A DNA stretch of 64,000 nucleotides from Selaginella moellendorffii (lineage: Eukaryota > Plantae > Lycopodiophyta): the NCBI RefSeq assembly GCF_000143415.4, contig NW_003314263.1:3102041-3166040 (forward strand). The letters are read 5' to 3'. Of this stretch, positions 25,411 through 38,063 are shown in pieces. The number at the start of each line of letters is the position of its first letter. The first letter of the stretch is position 1. Under the pieces are notes generated by a model. It saw only the letters and a list, made by a program, of their open reading frames with translations. It was not told the DNA's origin and did no database searches. A program made the position numbers and the translations under genes.

Positions 25411-25642
25411 AAAATACTGATGGAACACTTCTCTGGAAGTATATGATTGGCTTTTGCACAGAGAGTCAGGCTAGGTGGCCACCGATCAGTACAATCCTGA
25501 CATGTAATACGTGACTTTGAAGTCCGGAAAAAACGTGAGATTCTGTAGAAATCGATTAGGATTCCGGATGCCAAGTCATCACATAGATAGGACTCTGTGT
25601 GACTATAAATCCAAACAGCCTGAGGTTCGGCACCACAACAAC

Positions 25643-26406
25643 ATGGCAGCTTCATTTTTGTTCCTCACTATCCTAAGCTTTCAGCTACTTCTGATATCTG
25701 CAGGTTGACCTCCAAGTTTTGATTCTTTCTTTCAGGACTGACTTCTTGAATGCCTTGTCATGATGATTTTGCAGCCAGCAGCCATCGTCTCCAGGTTTGT
25801 AGTGATGCTGTTGTCACTCTGGAGGAATGCTCCAATTGCTGTGCGCTTAAGGCTGGATGCATATATCTAGAGCCTGGAACTGGCAGTCCAGTTTGTCTTG
25901 GTGGCACCTCCCCTTTTCGTCCTTGCCCCTTAATTTGTCAACCACCAAAAATCAAAGTCTGCCCATCCCCAGGGACTAACCAAATTCCAATTTCTGTGCT
26001 CCCACCGGATAAGGAGCCTTCGAATGGCTGTCATCTCTACAATTTAAAGACTGGTGCACCACTGCCAGTAAATGGTGATGACAAGTCCTGCTTGAAGGAT
26101 GCCGTGGAGATTTGTGGAGGCACTGTCCATCCCTGGACGCCAGGCAGCTGCGCTACTTGTTGCACCATTCCTCAAGGTTGCTTGGACTTGGGGCATGGCA
26201 AATCAATATGCGTCTCAGGACCTGGTAAAGTCTGCACGCGCGAATGTGGTTTTGTTTCCTATGTCTGCCCAGGTCCAAAAAGTGTTGCGCTCGACTTCAA
26301 CTCTTGCCACACTTGCAAGAAGCCACTCAAGGAAGGTTGCAAGCTCTACAACCGTCAGGGGCACCAGCTGTGCGTCAAGGAGGATGATCTACTCCAGCTT
26401 GCCTAG
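25643..26406 (+). CDS. Secreted potato type II (Pin-II, I20 family) serine-protease inhibitor, multi-repeat
   Basis: Signal-peptide exon 25643-25703 (MAASFLFLTILSFQLLLISA), phase-1 intron 25704-25774, then Cys-rich repeats CSNCCALKAGCIY..CLG..RPCPLIC and CATCCTIPQGC..ICVSG..KVCTRECG..YVCPG. Confidence 0.8.
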
Positions 26407-26844
26407 AGGATGATCTACTCCAGCTTGCCTAGAAGATGATGCAGTATTTATATAAAATAAACAGCTCTGGGCATGGTTGTTTAAATAATGTATATATATT
26501 ACATATATAAAGTTTGACAACGAGACTTGTTGTCTGCAATCTCTTTGTAATCTTGCACTTACAAAGAAGTTCCAAACAAACTTTACCTAGGCATAATGTT
26601 TACTTTCCTAGTATTCCATGTTATAGATCTCCACAGAGCCAAATCATGCATAACCAGCTCATCAGCTTCCTCTGAGTTGAAACAATTGTTAGGCTGCAAA
26701 TTAGCTTCCATTGGTAACGTATGGATGTGATAAGGTGGCAACAAGAGCCTGAACTTAAGGAAAAATAAAGCAAAGCAAAAGGCTAGATCCAACGAATCTT
26801 GGTCTTTTTTACCATCCCACTAATGCGCTAATTACATATTAATT

Positions 26845-27409
26845 CTAAGCATCCATGGTGAGCTCTATAGCAACTTGCTTCTCCCAATCTCTCCCCTCGC
26901 ACATAAATCTCCCCATAGAGATAAAAGGCTCAAACGGCGAGTCTAGAGCCACCAGCGTCCTGTTCACCGCATGGGTCACCTCCTTGCTCTTGTTCGACGC
27001 GTAGCCACACACGATGATCACTCGCTCCGGCCTCTCGAATCCCCGCGTGAGCTTCCGCCTGGACACGATCAATCCACTGGTGAGCGCCACCATCGCAGTC
27101 CCGGAGCTCATATCCTGGAGCCAGATAAACCTCGCTCCCTGCCAGTCCTCCCAGATCCCTCTCGGGTAGAGCTCTGTGGAGGAGACCCCCTCCCACACGT
27201 AGAAGGCCTCACGAGCGTAGCCAAAGCAGTGGAGATGGTTGACGAGAGCATCCGCCAGCCATCGCCCCCAGCGAGGAGGCTTGTCCATCCTCAGCTTGCG
27301 GAAAAACTCCCTCGAGTAGCTCTTCAGCTCCTTGATCGCGCGGAGGCCTTGCAGGATCTCGTTCAGAAACTCGTCCACGCCGGGATGATCATCTCCTCCT
27401 CCTCCTCCT

Positions 27410-27440
<31 letters not shown>

Positions 27441-28883
27441 GTAGTGGTGGTGGTTTCGAGGACGACTTCATCATCTCTCTCACTGCTCTCGAGTCCGCCA
27501 CATTGACGCTGCTCGTGTAGTGGCCCAGGAGGATCGTGTACGTTTGCAGCGTCGGCTCCACGCCTCTCTCCGGCATGACTTTGGTGAGGATGAACTTGGC
27601 CGGCTCCACTTCTCGGGCCTTGAGGTAGCCATCGATGAGCGCGTTGCACATCTCGATGCTTGGACCGGCCTTCGTCTTGCAGGCTTTGTTGAACCATCGC
27701 CGGGCTTGCAGCATAGCTCCGGCTCTCGCCCACGAACTTATGAGCGTGCAGTACGTGAATCGATCTGGAGCGAGGCCGGCCTTTCGTATATCACCCAGGA
27801 TGTTCTGCGCATGGCCAGGGAAGCCGCTGGAACCGTTACTCAGTATCACGTTGTTGTAGACGATCAAGTTTGACTCTAGGCCGGAGCGGAGGTAGTCCGC
27901 GTAGAGCTCTGCCGCTGCTTTCGAGTCCCGAGCCTTGGCGTACATGTGGATGAGGATGGCGTACGTTGCAGAGGAGAATGGAATCCCCCAGGCTTTCATC
28001 TGATTGGCGGCTTCTCTGGCGTTTGCGAAGTTCCGGTGCTTGCAGAAGTTGTGGATCATTGTGTTGAACGTCTGCGCGTCGGCATTGTGGGGGGAGGCTC
28101 TCAAGTCGAGGAAGATTCGCTGGAGCTCCCGCACCAGTCGATGAGGAGGCCGAAGGTGCAATTGTCCGGGTGACAGCCAAAGTATGGCATCTTCCTGTAG
28201 AGGTCGAGCGCTTCCTGGATCCCGTTCACTCTTGTGTAGCAGCGGATCATGTTGTTCACTGCAAACGTGTCGAGGCGAAGCCCGAGCTCCTGAATCTCGA
28301 GGAAGAGTGCCTCGGCCATGAGATAGTTCCCGTCGTCTCCCAAGATCATGATCATCGTCGAGTAGTTTACCAAGTCGTGCTTGAAGCCTGGGATCGTCTT
28401 GGCCCACGTAAAGAGCTTGAGCGAGAGAGATGCGTCCCTCTTGATCTTCTTGAGAACCACGCAGACCTGGTGGGGGTGCGTTATCCCACGCTTGAGCCTG
28501 TCCAGCTTCTCAACCATCTCGGAGCTCCAGTTCGCTCCTCCTTCCTTCACAGTCTATTACAAGGCATCGAAGACTAGCGCTCCTTTGCCTGGAACTAAAC
28601 CCGGCAGCGCCACCTTACTGCTCGGCATCCCCGGCAGAGCGATCGTTCCCTCTTTGCCTTCTTCTGGCAAGCTCCACACTGGAAACGAGTTCCATGACGA
28701 GGAAACATTCGTCGCCCGGTTGTCCATTGTTACTGACAGACCAATGACGAACTTGTCGCGACCACAAAGCACCGGAGGATCATCACCGGTGTCAGTCGAG
28801 GGAGGAAGTGTCTCGTAGACCACCCCGACTGCATGGACATTCCCTTCGTCCCGTAGAAGCGAGGAAGGGAACTTGGCACCCAT
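26845..28883 (-). pseudogene. P-type PPR protein with C-terminal SMR domain (At1g18900/At1g74750-like), disrupted
   Basis: About 7-8 PPR motifs (e.g. TFNTMIHNFCK, VYNNVILSNG, TYCTLISSWARAG) and SMR-like WLQDMSSGTAMVAL..VIIVCGY..SPF. TAA-TAG at ~28559-28554 and a frameshift near 28130. Confidence 0.85.
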
Positions 28884-28982
28884 CTCTGTTGCTGGCTAGC
28901 TAAACCCCTCGCCAAAAGAAAAACTTACCTTCATGAGAAAGCTCATCTTTTGATTAAAGAATGTTCCTTCAAATACAAATGT

Positions 28983-31726
28983 TCAGAATCTGGACATGCA
29001 AGAGAAAGTACTTACAAAGAATCTATAGACAAGCGTTGGCCTGTAGTCGCAAGAGCCACGATTCAGCAGCAGTACCAGCAAATCTCGGAAAGTATCAGGA
29101 GTGGAACCAGTGGGAGTTTTCTCTTTCGGTTCGTCCCAAGCTAGTAAGCTGTTCATGTCATTCGTTGAAAGAGGCTGCTCTTTTTGTTTCATTGGAAGGA
29201 GGTTCGTCTTCTGCTGGCTCATTTTGTAGATGTTCTCCTCCACGGTGTTACGTATCATCCGTAATTGGAAAACAGAAGAAACGCACGTAACTTACAATGA
29301 ATCTATGTACAAGTGTCTTTGGACGTTGGCCAATCCTGTGGACTCGATTGATAGCCTGAGCTTCTACGGCCGGATTGAGCAAAGGCTCCACCAAAATAAC
29401 GTGTTGGGCCTCTGTTAAGTTCAGGCCATTGGGCAGTAACATGGCTTGGATGTTCTTCTTCTTAAATTCCAAGATGGAAGAACCCATTTGTCTGTGAGAA
29501 ACACAAAACGAGCACATGAGTAAAAGTAAAACAGATTATCGATGTTACCTGCGATGCTTTAATCGAACCCAGCTGAGCTTGTTGCTCTTCAGTGCGTGTT
29601 CTAACAAGTCCAGCACTTGCCACGTCGAGAACACAAGAATTTTCACAAACGGATCGTCTTCTTTCAGACTACGAATTCTCCTGACGACAGCTTCAATCTT
29701 CAAAGTTGCAAACGAATTAAAATAAAAAGCAGACGAGATTTTTCTTTGTCCACTTCTTCTTCCTGGAGGTTTTCCGCAATTTTCGAAGAAGCCGCTTCAG
29801 CATTGGCATAAGCAATATTAGAGACATAAGTCTGTTGTCTGCACGTTGGACATGCAATGCGCTTGAAATCAGCACCGTTCGCTGGTGCTTTCTGGCAGTC
29901 CACAATAAGATTCAAACCTGCGAAACAAAATGAAGATTTGCTCAGGAAACCAACAAAGTAAGACACCAAAAACTTACACTTGCCACAAAGCAAATGCCCG
30001 CATGGAAGGACCATTGCTCTAGATTCTAAGCCATCGTGGCAAACTGGGCAAATTTCTCCTTCCAAATTTTATGGCCCTCGTCCTTCTTATTCCTTAGACC
30101 CTGCAATCCGGAAATGAGAGGAGCTGCGAATAAAAGAAAACTTAAGCCTAATACCTTCAAGTATCTTGTTCACACGAGATAGATTCTCAACAGCAACAAA
30201 TTTTTCGTTGGTAAGCTCCGCGTTTCTAATTGGTATCTCGTAGCCTTCATCACCAAAAGGATTGCCGTCTGCAGCCTTGGCACCTTGCAAACATTGCCTT
30301 GTTGTCGACATGCTCAGCTCGTCCAATGCAGTTAGAACTAATTGTTTTGCTGTTGTCAAGCGTCTCGCCGCTGCATATTCGCTACGCAATGCCTGAATTG
30401 ACACGGTTTGTCAAACAGACTTACAAATAAGCACAGGAGTGTTTACTTCAAGGTACTCGAGATGCTTCTTTGCGGCTTCTATCTCATCCTCCTCAAGGTT
30501 CGTTTCCGCTTTCATGTATGCAAGTAAAATTTTTAAAACAAGTTCTGTTTCAGAACATCTGTGCGTAACCTGTGAAAAGAAATATTTAAGCTCGAAGCAA
30601 AGAAAACAAAAGAAAAAAGTTAGAAAAACAAAAAGAAGTTGCCTTACCGCTGCTGCTCCTTTTCTCCTGCCTGTGAACGTACTTGAGAAACAAAGGCGTC
30701 TTACTGCAGTAACAATGCCATCTAATTCAGCTGCTCGGGACGTCAAGTAAAATAGCCTAATTGCATATTTCTGTTTATCCACACAAGCAAGAACTAGATT
30801 GTACCTGAAACATGAGACCAATAGCACAATGAGCACAAGTTATCCCAGTGTGTCTAGGCTGGCACTGGGAACATTGTCCAGCGCGCTGCACATAATCGGG
30901 ATTCGGATTCTGCATCCCGCCATCCATTTCAAGTAAGTGACTCAGTACGTGGTCACGAGTCTCATGGAGAGCATCCAACTCCTGGCTTAGTAAGAACTTG
31001 AGGCCGATAAGGTCATGGTATTTACATGCTCACTAGAGTACCGTCCAAGAAAGATAAGGAAAACATACCTTAGAACAAGACTAGAAGCATTCCGACCACC
31101 AGCACGATTTACATCTTCCAGCCCGTGCTTTATTCGTTCCAATAGGTGGTCACTTTGTTTGCTCGATGTTTGAACCCATGCAAAAGCATCTAGCCACCAG
31201 TGGCTCCATCTTGAAGATTTATCATCAGACTGAGCCAAAGCAATCTGCAGGATAAGAAGGGCCAGGTTTTTCAGTGTAAAGCTTCGTCGCTAGCTAACAA
31301 TCCGTTTTGTTTATTTTGGTCGATTTTTTTTTTGAAAAGAAATCAATAATACCTCTTTGTGTGCAGCGTAAAAGTCTTGCTGAGCCGCAGCAAGATTTGC
31401 ATACTGGCCACTGACGTACTTCCTTCGTAATTCGTCGCATTGACTGATCAGCATATCATCCTCAGAGTTCTTGGAATTTTTTTCAATGCGTCATCCTTGC
31501 AGTTTCTGAGTGACTTCCAAATTGTGTAAAATATCCACTTTCTGAAGCGGATCAACTTCAAAATTAGTCGCATTTTCCTCCGCGGCTGCTAGTGCTTCTC
31601 GGTCAATGGAGACAGCCATGGGGATGTTTTCCTCGATAATCGCCAGACCTGCCAGTCCGTTCAACGAAGCAACAAGATCTCGTTGAGCTTCTTCTCCTTC
31701 AGTTTTAGCTTTCTCAATTAGGACCT
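28983..31726 (-). pseudogene. SHPRH: C-terminal half of an SHPRH-like SNF2 helicase / RING E3 ligase, multi-exon, 5'-truncated
   Basis: EGEEAQRDLVASLNGLAGLAII; RING CPVCHD..LPCGHLLCGKC..CPTCR; HELICc NGLNLTEAQHVILVEPLLNPAVEAQAINRVHRIGQ. No N-terminal SNF2 exons upstream. An in-frame TGA lies near 31490. Confidence 0.8.
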
Positions 31727-31799
31727 GAAGACTCTAATACCAAGGTTCCTTACCTCCAAGGCAACAAGCTTGTCGCAGCCTCAACAAGGGGTTCATTAA

Positions 31800-32135
31800 C
31801 TTTGAGGCATCCATGGCGGCCACAGCTTCCTCGTCTTCACGTAGAGATCGTTTCCACAGGGCATGTCTGTGATCGCCATGAGATAGTTGCCATCGACTCC
31901 AAGGATCATGATCATCACCACGTCGTGCCGGAAGCTGGAGATTCTCATGGCCAGCGTAAAGAAATCAAGCGAGAGATATGTGTTATGCTTCATCTTCTTG
32001 ACAACCATGTCAACGATCTTGGGCTTAAGACTGTCCAGATTCTCTCTTCTCTCTTTCATTGCATCGAAGTCTAGCGTCTGGAACTAAGAACTGGATAGAA
32101 ACTTGTCAGTTCCCAATTTAAAAGAAGAACGTACC
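31800..32135 (-). pseudogene. PPR-derived fragment paralogous to 23860-24170
   Basis: KMKHNTYLSLDFFTLAMRISSFRHDVVMIMILGVDGNYLMAITD; nucleotide match to 23860-24170. Confidence 0.7.
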
Positions 32136-33099
32136 AAGGCTTTCCTCTGCTAGAACTAGTCGCAGTTGGCTGTGGATTCGACGGCGAAATAGTGGAAGCT
32201 CGGCCTGTTCCTTCCTGCAAGAGGAGCTTCATGAGTTTTGCACGTCGATTGATAAGTTAGAAGATATCTTACCAATTTGCTAGAGCTGTGGGAGCTCGAT
32301 CTGCCCTGCCTGCCCAGATTCTCAGCTGGTGGATGAGAACCAAGCCCTCCAATACGACGATCATGCCAACAACACCACTGGAACATTTGCTTCCACGCAC
32401 TCATGCAACAATGGTATTGCAAGAGAGGTGAAGCCATCTAGTCCAAGAAATCTCAGCCTAAAGAGCCTGAGCAATCAATCCCGCACTGGATTCTACCGCA
32501 GATCTGGACAATCACAGCGAGCTGTGGCAATGGGGACCTAGAAAGGGAAGAAAGAATGTATAATATGAGAACTTAATGATGACTCTTGTTGCCCTTCTAT
32601 TTTCTTCCGTGTAAAACTATACCTTAAACAAGACAACTATGGGATGCAATCTAAATTCTAATCAATTGAGAGGAAATGTCATTGAGAGAAACACTGTTAG
32701 CTCCTTGCTCATTTAATTTAGAATATTCATTGTCCTTTAAGAAAGAGAAAAAAATTCTGAAAGAATATTTTATTTTATTGCCCTTGAACAAAAGGGCTAT
32801 ATAGAAGTGCATCCTTCATGTAAAAGAAATTTTGGTAATTTTTACCCAATATTTAAAGGGCATTTTTAAAAAACACCCATGCAAAATGGCTCAAAAAGGG
32901 CCAAAAGGGCATCAATTTTTTGCCTTGCATCACCACCCTTTGGAAATAAATACTAAAAGCCAATACCTCATGAGTCTCATGTTTTGGCTTACTATAGAAT
33001 TTGAAGATTTTGATCTCATCCACTTGATTGATCCAGTTGTTATTGCATGGAATTTATGTCACACAAGACCTATAGGGTTTAGGGTTTAGATTATATTCT

Positions 33100-33511
33100 A
33101 GAAAAAGATAAAAGAGTAAATTGGACCACAAGTTTATGAAGTTCAGCATAACATCTAGCAGGCCAATCCTTCAGAAATTGTGCATGTGCAGCAATTGAAA
33201 TGCTTCATACAAAGGGATTAGGAGTAGCTAATACCATCTACAAATTTGTCGATGCCTCCTCTTAATGTTCCTCTAAATCCCGGCTCATCTACAAGAGAAC
33301 CCTGATGGTCTTCCATTATTCCAAGAGGAGGGGATGATGTGAGGGCCAAGTGTATGGCTACAATGCCATATATTAATATTAGCGTAGTGAGATTTTGGTA
33401 GCCATCGGATTGGTTTTAATCCGGGCCACTCGCTTTTGTATATAAACTAGGTTTTAGGCTAATTGATATGCACATTTTCTATATTCCCTTTCCATATTCC
33501 AAGCACTCACA
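33100..33511 (+). mobile_element. Possible remnant 3' end of an LTR retroelement (PPT plus short LTR 33338-33511)
   Basis: AAGAGGAGGGGA, then TGTGAG...CTCACA inverted ends with an internal TATATAAA. A YEV-like chromodomain trace lies upstream. Confidence 0.4.
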
Positions 33512-36500
33512 TAGTCAAATTTACTTGGAATATAGATTAAATCAAAATTTGAAAGATATGAAAAAATGTTAGTTCAAGATTAACCAATGTTTTTCTTGTG
33601 TTTGAGAAATTGTAAGCTCAACTCATGAGCTCAACTCGTGAGTTCATAAACATTGATATGCCAAAGTCCATGTTGCCTCAACCATCAAACCACTACCTAT
33701 TACACAATTGATCACAACACTATAAGGTGGGTAATAGAGTTCAAACAAGATATCTATCATTGATGAAGATCAAAACTAATAGTTAGGCAATGTGTTGCTA
33801 ATGTCTATAAGATTTGGTAGGATGTTGGTAGAGATATCATACCCCGGCAAAACACATGCAACACGCTTGTTATCATAAAAACTCTCCTTTTTTTTCTACA
33901 TAACACAATATCATAACTTAACAAATAAAACTTTTAAAGACAACACAAAATACAAAATGCCCTCTTACCTTCTCTAGCATTCTTAAGATGCATTGGGTCT
34001 CAACTTTAATATTATCTATGATGCATTTGGAAGAGAACCTTTTGAACCTGACTCAAGTTGCATACCACATAATGAGATATTCAATTAAGCCTGTTCGGAA
34101 CAATGAAAATAACATGGACTGGTTGTGTAAAGGGGAGTTACTACAATAAGGAATGGATCCATGAAGTGGTGTTTAGCTAGAATGTTCCAACTTGGGACAT
34201 CTCTAATAACATCTAAAAGACCATTTAGCATGTCAAAAAGCATGAAGTTCATATCCTTGGAGTTTGTGCCCATGAAATTTGTGCCTTACCTAGCACTCAA
34301 TCACCCTTGGAAACACCATAAATGCTATTTTCCCAATAGCAACACAAACCAGTAACAAAGCCTCTAGCACCAACTAATGATCTTCCTTGTTGTTGTATTG
34401 GAGGCTACTCCAAAATGGCCTTATTGCACTGGAATATGAACATATAATCAATTTTTTTAAAATAAATTGCTATGTGTTGTATGTAACAACGCTTGGTTTG
34501 CTTAATTGTAGTATTATTCTCTTATTTCATATCAACCATTATATGATAGAATAAAAAAGAATATACTAGTAAAGCAAAAGCTGGTTAGGAAGTTATGGTT
34601 TAAGAAAGTTTATAAATTATAAACATATTTATAAATTATAAATAAAAAATTAATCTAAATGAATAACAACCATTAGTTGGTATAATATTCTTGAATACCA
34701 ATAGGTATATCCACTACCCCTACAAGTTTGCTTAAGCAAACCAAAAAGTGGACAATAAAATTTTATGTGTTATGAAAAACTAAATGCTAATTTCTAGTTT
34801 TTCATATTAAAGATAGGTCATTCTCTTCAATGCAAGAACCCTAAATTGAGATTCAAACTCTTCTCACAACTTAGTGTTGATCATATTTTTGCTTTTGTTT
34901 CTACTTTCTTAGCTTTTATTTTGTTTTAAGTTTTTTTTTTGTTTTTAGATCAGATTTTATTTTATTGATCTAGGTTGTTGCAATCATAATCACTCAGTAA
35001 AAGACAGAAAAATACAGCTACATATGATGCTTATGTTTAAATACCTATATATGTCATCAAGATGATGTTACTCTCAAGCAAAGCTGGTAACATTGCGTGA
35101 TCTTAACAGAAACTAGCTGTGATAGTATTTTTAACTTCCGGCCAAGAAGTCTTAGTTCACTAACTCGAGTGCCAATCGTGGTGCAAGATCTCGGGATCCT
35201 TTCAAAAGTGATGAAGCTTCTTCTGAGGACTATCATTCACTCTTTTTGCTTCTTCTCTCACTCTGTTATCCAGTTCTATGTCAAACGGATGTCTCTTGTT
35301 CTGATGCTTCGTATCCTTTCAAGTTTCATTAAAGACTCCCTCAAAAAGCTCGTTCAAAAATTTATTATGCTACTCTTTTTCGATCAATGGAGCATTAAAA
35401 ATTTGGAATGTTTCTTTGCAGCATCACGAGCTCCCTGTAGACGCAGCTTGTTGCTTCTTCTCGGAGGTCTTGCAAACCTGCGAGTTCAGTAAAGTTCAGC
35501 GTAGTGAAAGTCCCGCGTGGGATTCCGAGAATGGCCTGGACAGAAGACCACCACCACCGGATTCACTCTTCGTGAACACCATCTTTGGTGTTCGGTCGCA
35601 ACCACGCCTGCTTCCTACTCGTGGAAATGGCCGCCAGCCTCGCAAAGTAGCAAGTTGTCGAGACTAATTCCAAGTTCCCATCGTCCATTAAGATGCTGAG
35701 ACTTTGGGTGTCTATTTGAGAGGCCGGGCGTACTGACGTATCCACAACTGTGTCTCTTCGGAGCCCGCCTGCAAATTGTTGGAGTTTCCTAACCGCAAAC
35801 GTAAGGAACAGGGCATCCGTTTGCGATAGAACTGGAAAGCAGAGTTGAGAGAGTCACTTTCGAAAGAATCCGATCCCGCATGAAGAAGAGCACGAGATTC
35901 CTAAGCATAACAGTGATCAGTGTAAGTAAAACGAAAACAACACACCCAAGCTGCTGTATTGGCGTGTCCCCAGTAGCAACAAAATAGCTTTTGTGGACGA
36001 TAGTGGTGGTGTCTAAATGAAGAACACAACGAGAAAGTACATTTCCCCTGGAAGAAAAGATCAAATGTGGATCTATGTTCAGAAAATTGTCACAAACGAA
36101 ATCTACGCACCCGAGTCAATACGAAGAATGTCCTGCCCGGAAGATAAAAATACTCTCCCAATTAGTTTCTGTTAAGAACACGCAATGTGACACCAGGCAT
36201 TCAATATTCTAAACTTCGCAAACCTTGATAGCCGCGTTTTCGTATCTCCCAGCCAGCTGCGTTAGCGTGTACATTCTACGTGTATCCCAGGATCCACTAA
36301 AAGACGACCAGAAAGAAGAGTGTGAAAAACTTCGAAAGTACATGGTTGACAAAAATAAACAGCGACATTGTACTTTGCCTGGGAATTGTTGGATGAGTAT
36401 GGCGGTTTCGTCAAGGCCTAGGGAAAATTAGGAGCACCTGATTAGAGGAAAAAAACAAAAGAGAAAACGAAATCTATGCAAACCTGTTCATCGCAGATTT

Positions 36501-36560
36501 TTTATGCAATCCAATATCATCCCGGGAACTGCTAAACAGTAGCCTTGAAGAAAGCGTTCT

Positions 36561-36645
36561 CTGCTAATGTTGACGCTCCACTCGGGAATAGACTTCTTCC
36601 CTGCTAACGTTGACGCTCCATTCTGGAATAGATTTCTTCCCTGCT
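36561..36645 (+). repeat. 40-bp tandem duplication
   Basis: CTGCTAAYGTTGACGCTCCAYTC.GGAATAGAYTTCTTCC x2. Confidence 0.8.
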
Positions 36646-37394
36646 TGTCGAGCTCTTCATCAAAGTTAGTCTGTAAAGAGGACAAATATGTCATGGTTCT
36701 AAAATGAATAGAAGAATGCTGCGAATGTTTGATAGAGAATAAATACCTAGTCAATCGGGTATGGAGGAAGTAGCGTGATCGCTCCTCCATCTACACAGAA
36801 GCGCCATGAATTTGGAAAGAAAATCAGCTGGATTGTTTGCTACTGCCGAAAGATAGCCGATTCGAAGAGATCGCCAGTAGCTCCGCCTTCTTGGACGAGC
36901 TCAATGCGAGCTCTGGAAGGATAAAATCAGAGAGAATATGTGACTACATTCCAGCTAAATAAATTTTCCCCACTCTCCACGAGATTCGAGCCTGGGACAC
37001 ATATACATCACCGTCCATCCGTAAAATCAACCGTTAAAGAGACTTTTACTTTTACCGCGGCATCGTGTCGGCATGCCATTGGCTCCTGCTGTTTCGAGGA
37101 ACCTCGCATTCTTTTTCGTTTGGCCTTCCTTTTAATCTCCAAGTTTTTTAGGTTGTAAGCAATAGGGCAATGGCGACGGTCGCGTTCTTGGCTGCCGCAT
37201 TGGTATAAATTTGCGATCCACTACTGCGAATCGCCAAGCGCGTCGCCAGTCCTTCCTCTTCTTCGATCTTTCTCTTTGTCGGCGATCTTCGATCTTCCTT
37301 TGTCTCGTTGCTGTCCTAAAGGCGCGTGGATTCGATCTATTTCTAGCAGCTCTCCCAGGGATTCTTTCCTATCACTCGCGGCGCCTCGAAGATC

Positions 37395-38063
37395 ATGATG
37401 ATGAAGCTGCCAAAGATCTTGCGGCCCAAGCGATCGTCGTCCGGCTTTGATTCCTCCTCGTCGTCGCTTGGTAGTCCCTCTTCCGCCACTCCATCTCCCA
37501 AAATCTCTCCCAAAATCTCCTCCAAGAAGCAAGCATCTCCATCCAGGAGTGAAAATCTCCCCAAGAGCGCCGAAATTTCTCTCGGATCGTCGCCCAGGAG
37601 CGCTTCCTCCTCCCTCTCGCGTGGAAATGTCATCAAGGCGGAGCTAGAGGCTGTCTTCCGGCTCTTCGATGCGAACGGCGATGGGAGAATCTCAGTGTCC
37701 GAGCTTGGCGCCGTGCTCAAGTGCCTGGCCATGGGCAACGATCCTCCCCCCACCGAGGAGGAGCTCCACAAGATGGTCGAGGAGGTGGACGCCGACGGCG
37801 ATGGATTCATCAGCCTGGACGAGTTCCTCCACTTCCACGCGCAATCCACCGCCAGCGTCGCGGAACTAAAGGCCGCGTTCTACGTCTTCGATCTGGATCG
37901 CAATGGTTTCATCTCCGCGGACGAGCTCCACAGGGTGTTGGTCGGTTTGGGCGAGGTGAATCTCACCATGGAGGATTGTGGGCGGATGATCAGGGGCGTG
38001 GACTCGAATGGCGATGGCCGCGTCGATTTCGAGGAGTTTAAGCTCATGATGGCCAGTGCATGA
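37395..38063 (+). CDS. Intronless calmodulin-like (CML) EF-hand calcium sensor with Ser-rich N-terminus
   Basis: Four EF-hands: DANGDGRISVSE, DADGDGFISLDE, DLDRNGFISADE, DSNGDGRVDFEE. TATAAA at ~37204. Confidence 0.95.
   Translation: MMMKLPKILRPKRSSSGFDSSSSSLGSPSSATPSPKISPKISSKKQASPSRSENLPKSAEISLGSSPRSASSSLSRGNVIKAELEAVFRLFDANGDGRISVSELGAVLKCLAMGNDPPPTEEELHKMVEEVDADGDGFISLDEFLHFHAQSTASVAELKAAFYVFDLDRNGFISADELHRVLVGLGEVNLTMEDCGRMIRGVDSNGDGRVDFEEFKLMMASA

Noticed and set aside
27393-27453. (CCT)n/(CTG)n/(GGT)n tract as a separate element
   Set aside because: Ordinary coding microsatellite giving poly-Pro/Ala/Gly in the PPR gene.
26845-28407. 520-aa ORF as the complete PPR protein
   Set aside because: Its first ~95 aa are an alternative frame; the real PPR N-terminus is in ORFs 28101..28550 and 28557..28883.
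33900-34450. Integrase remnant on the minus strand
   Set aside because: Only a GHFG-like trace in AT-rich DNA; too degraded to support.
35097-36900. Possible spliced gene
   Set aside because: Exon-like patches only; no consistent frame or recognisable domain.
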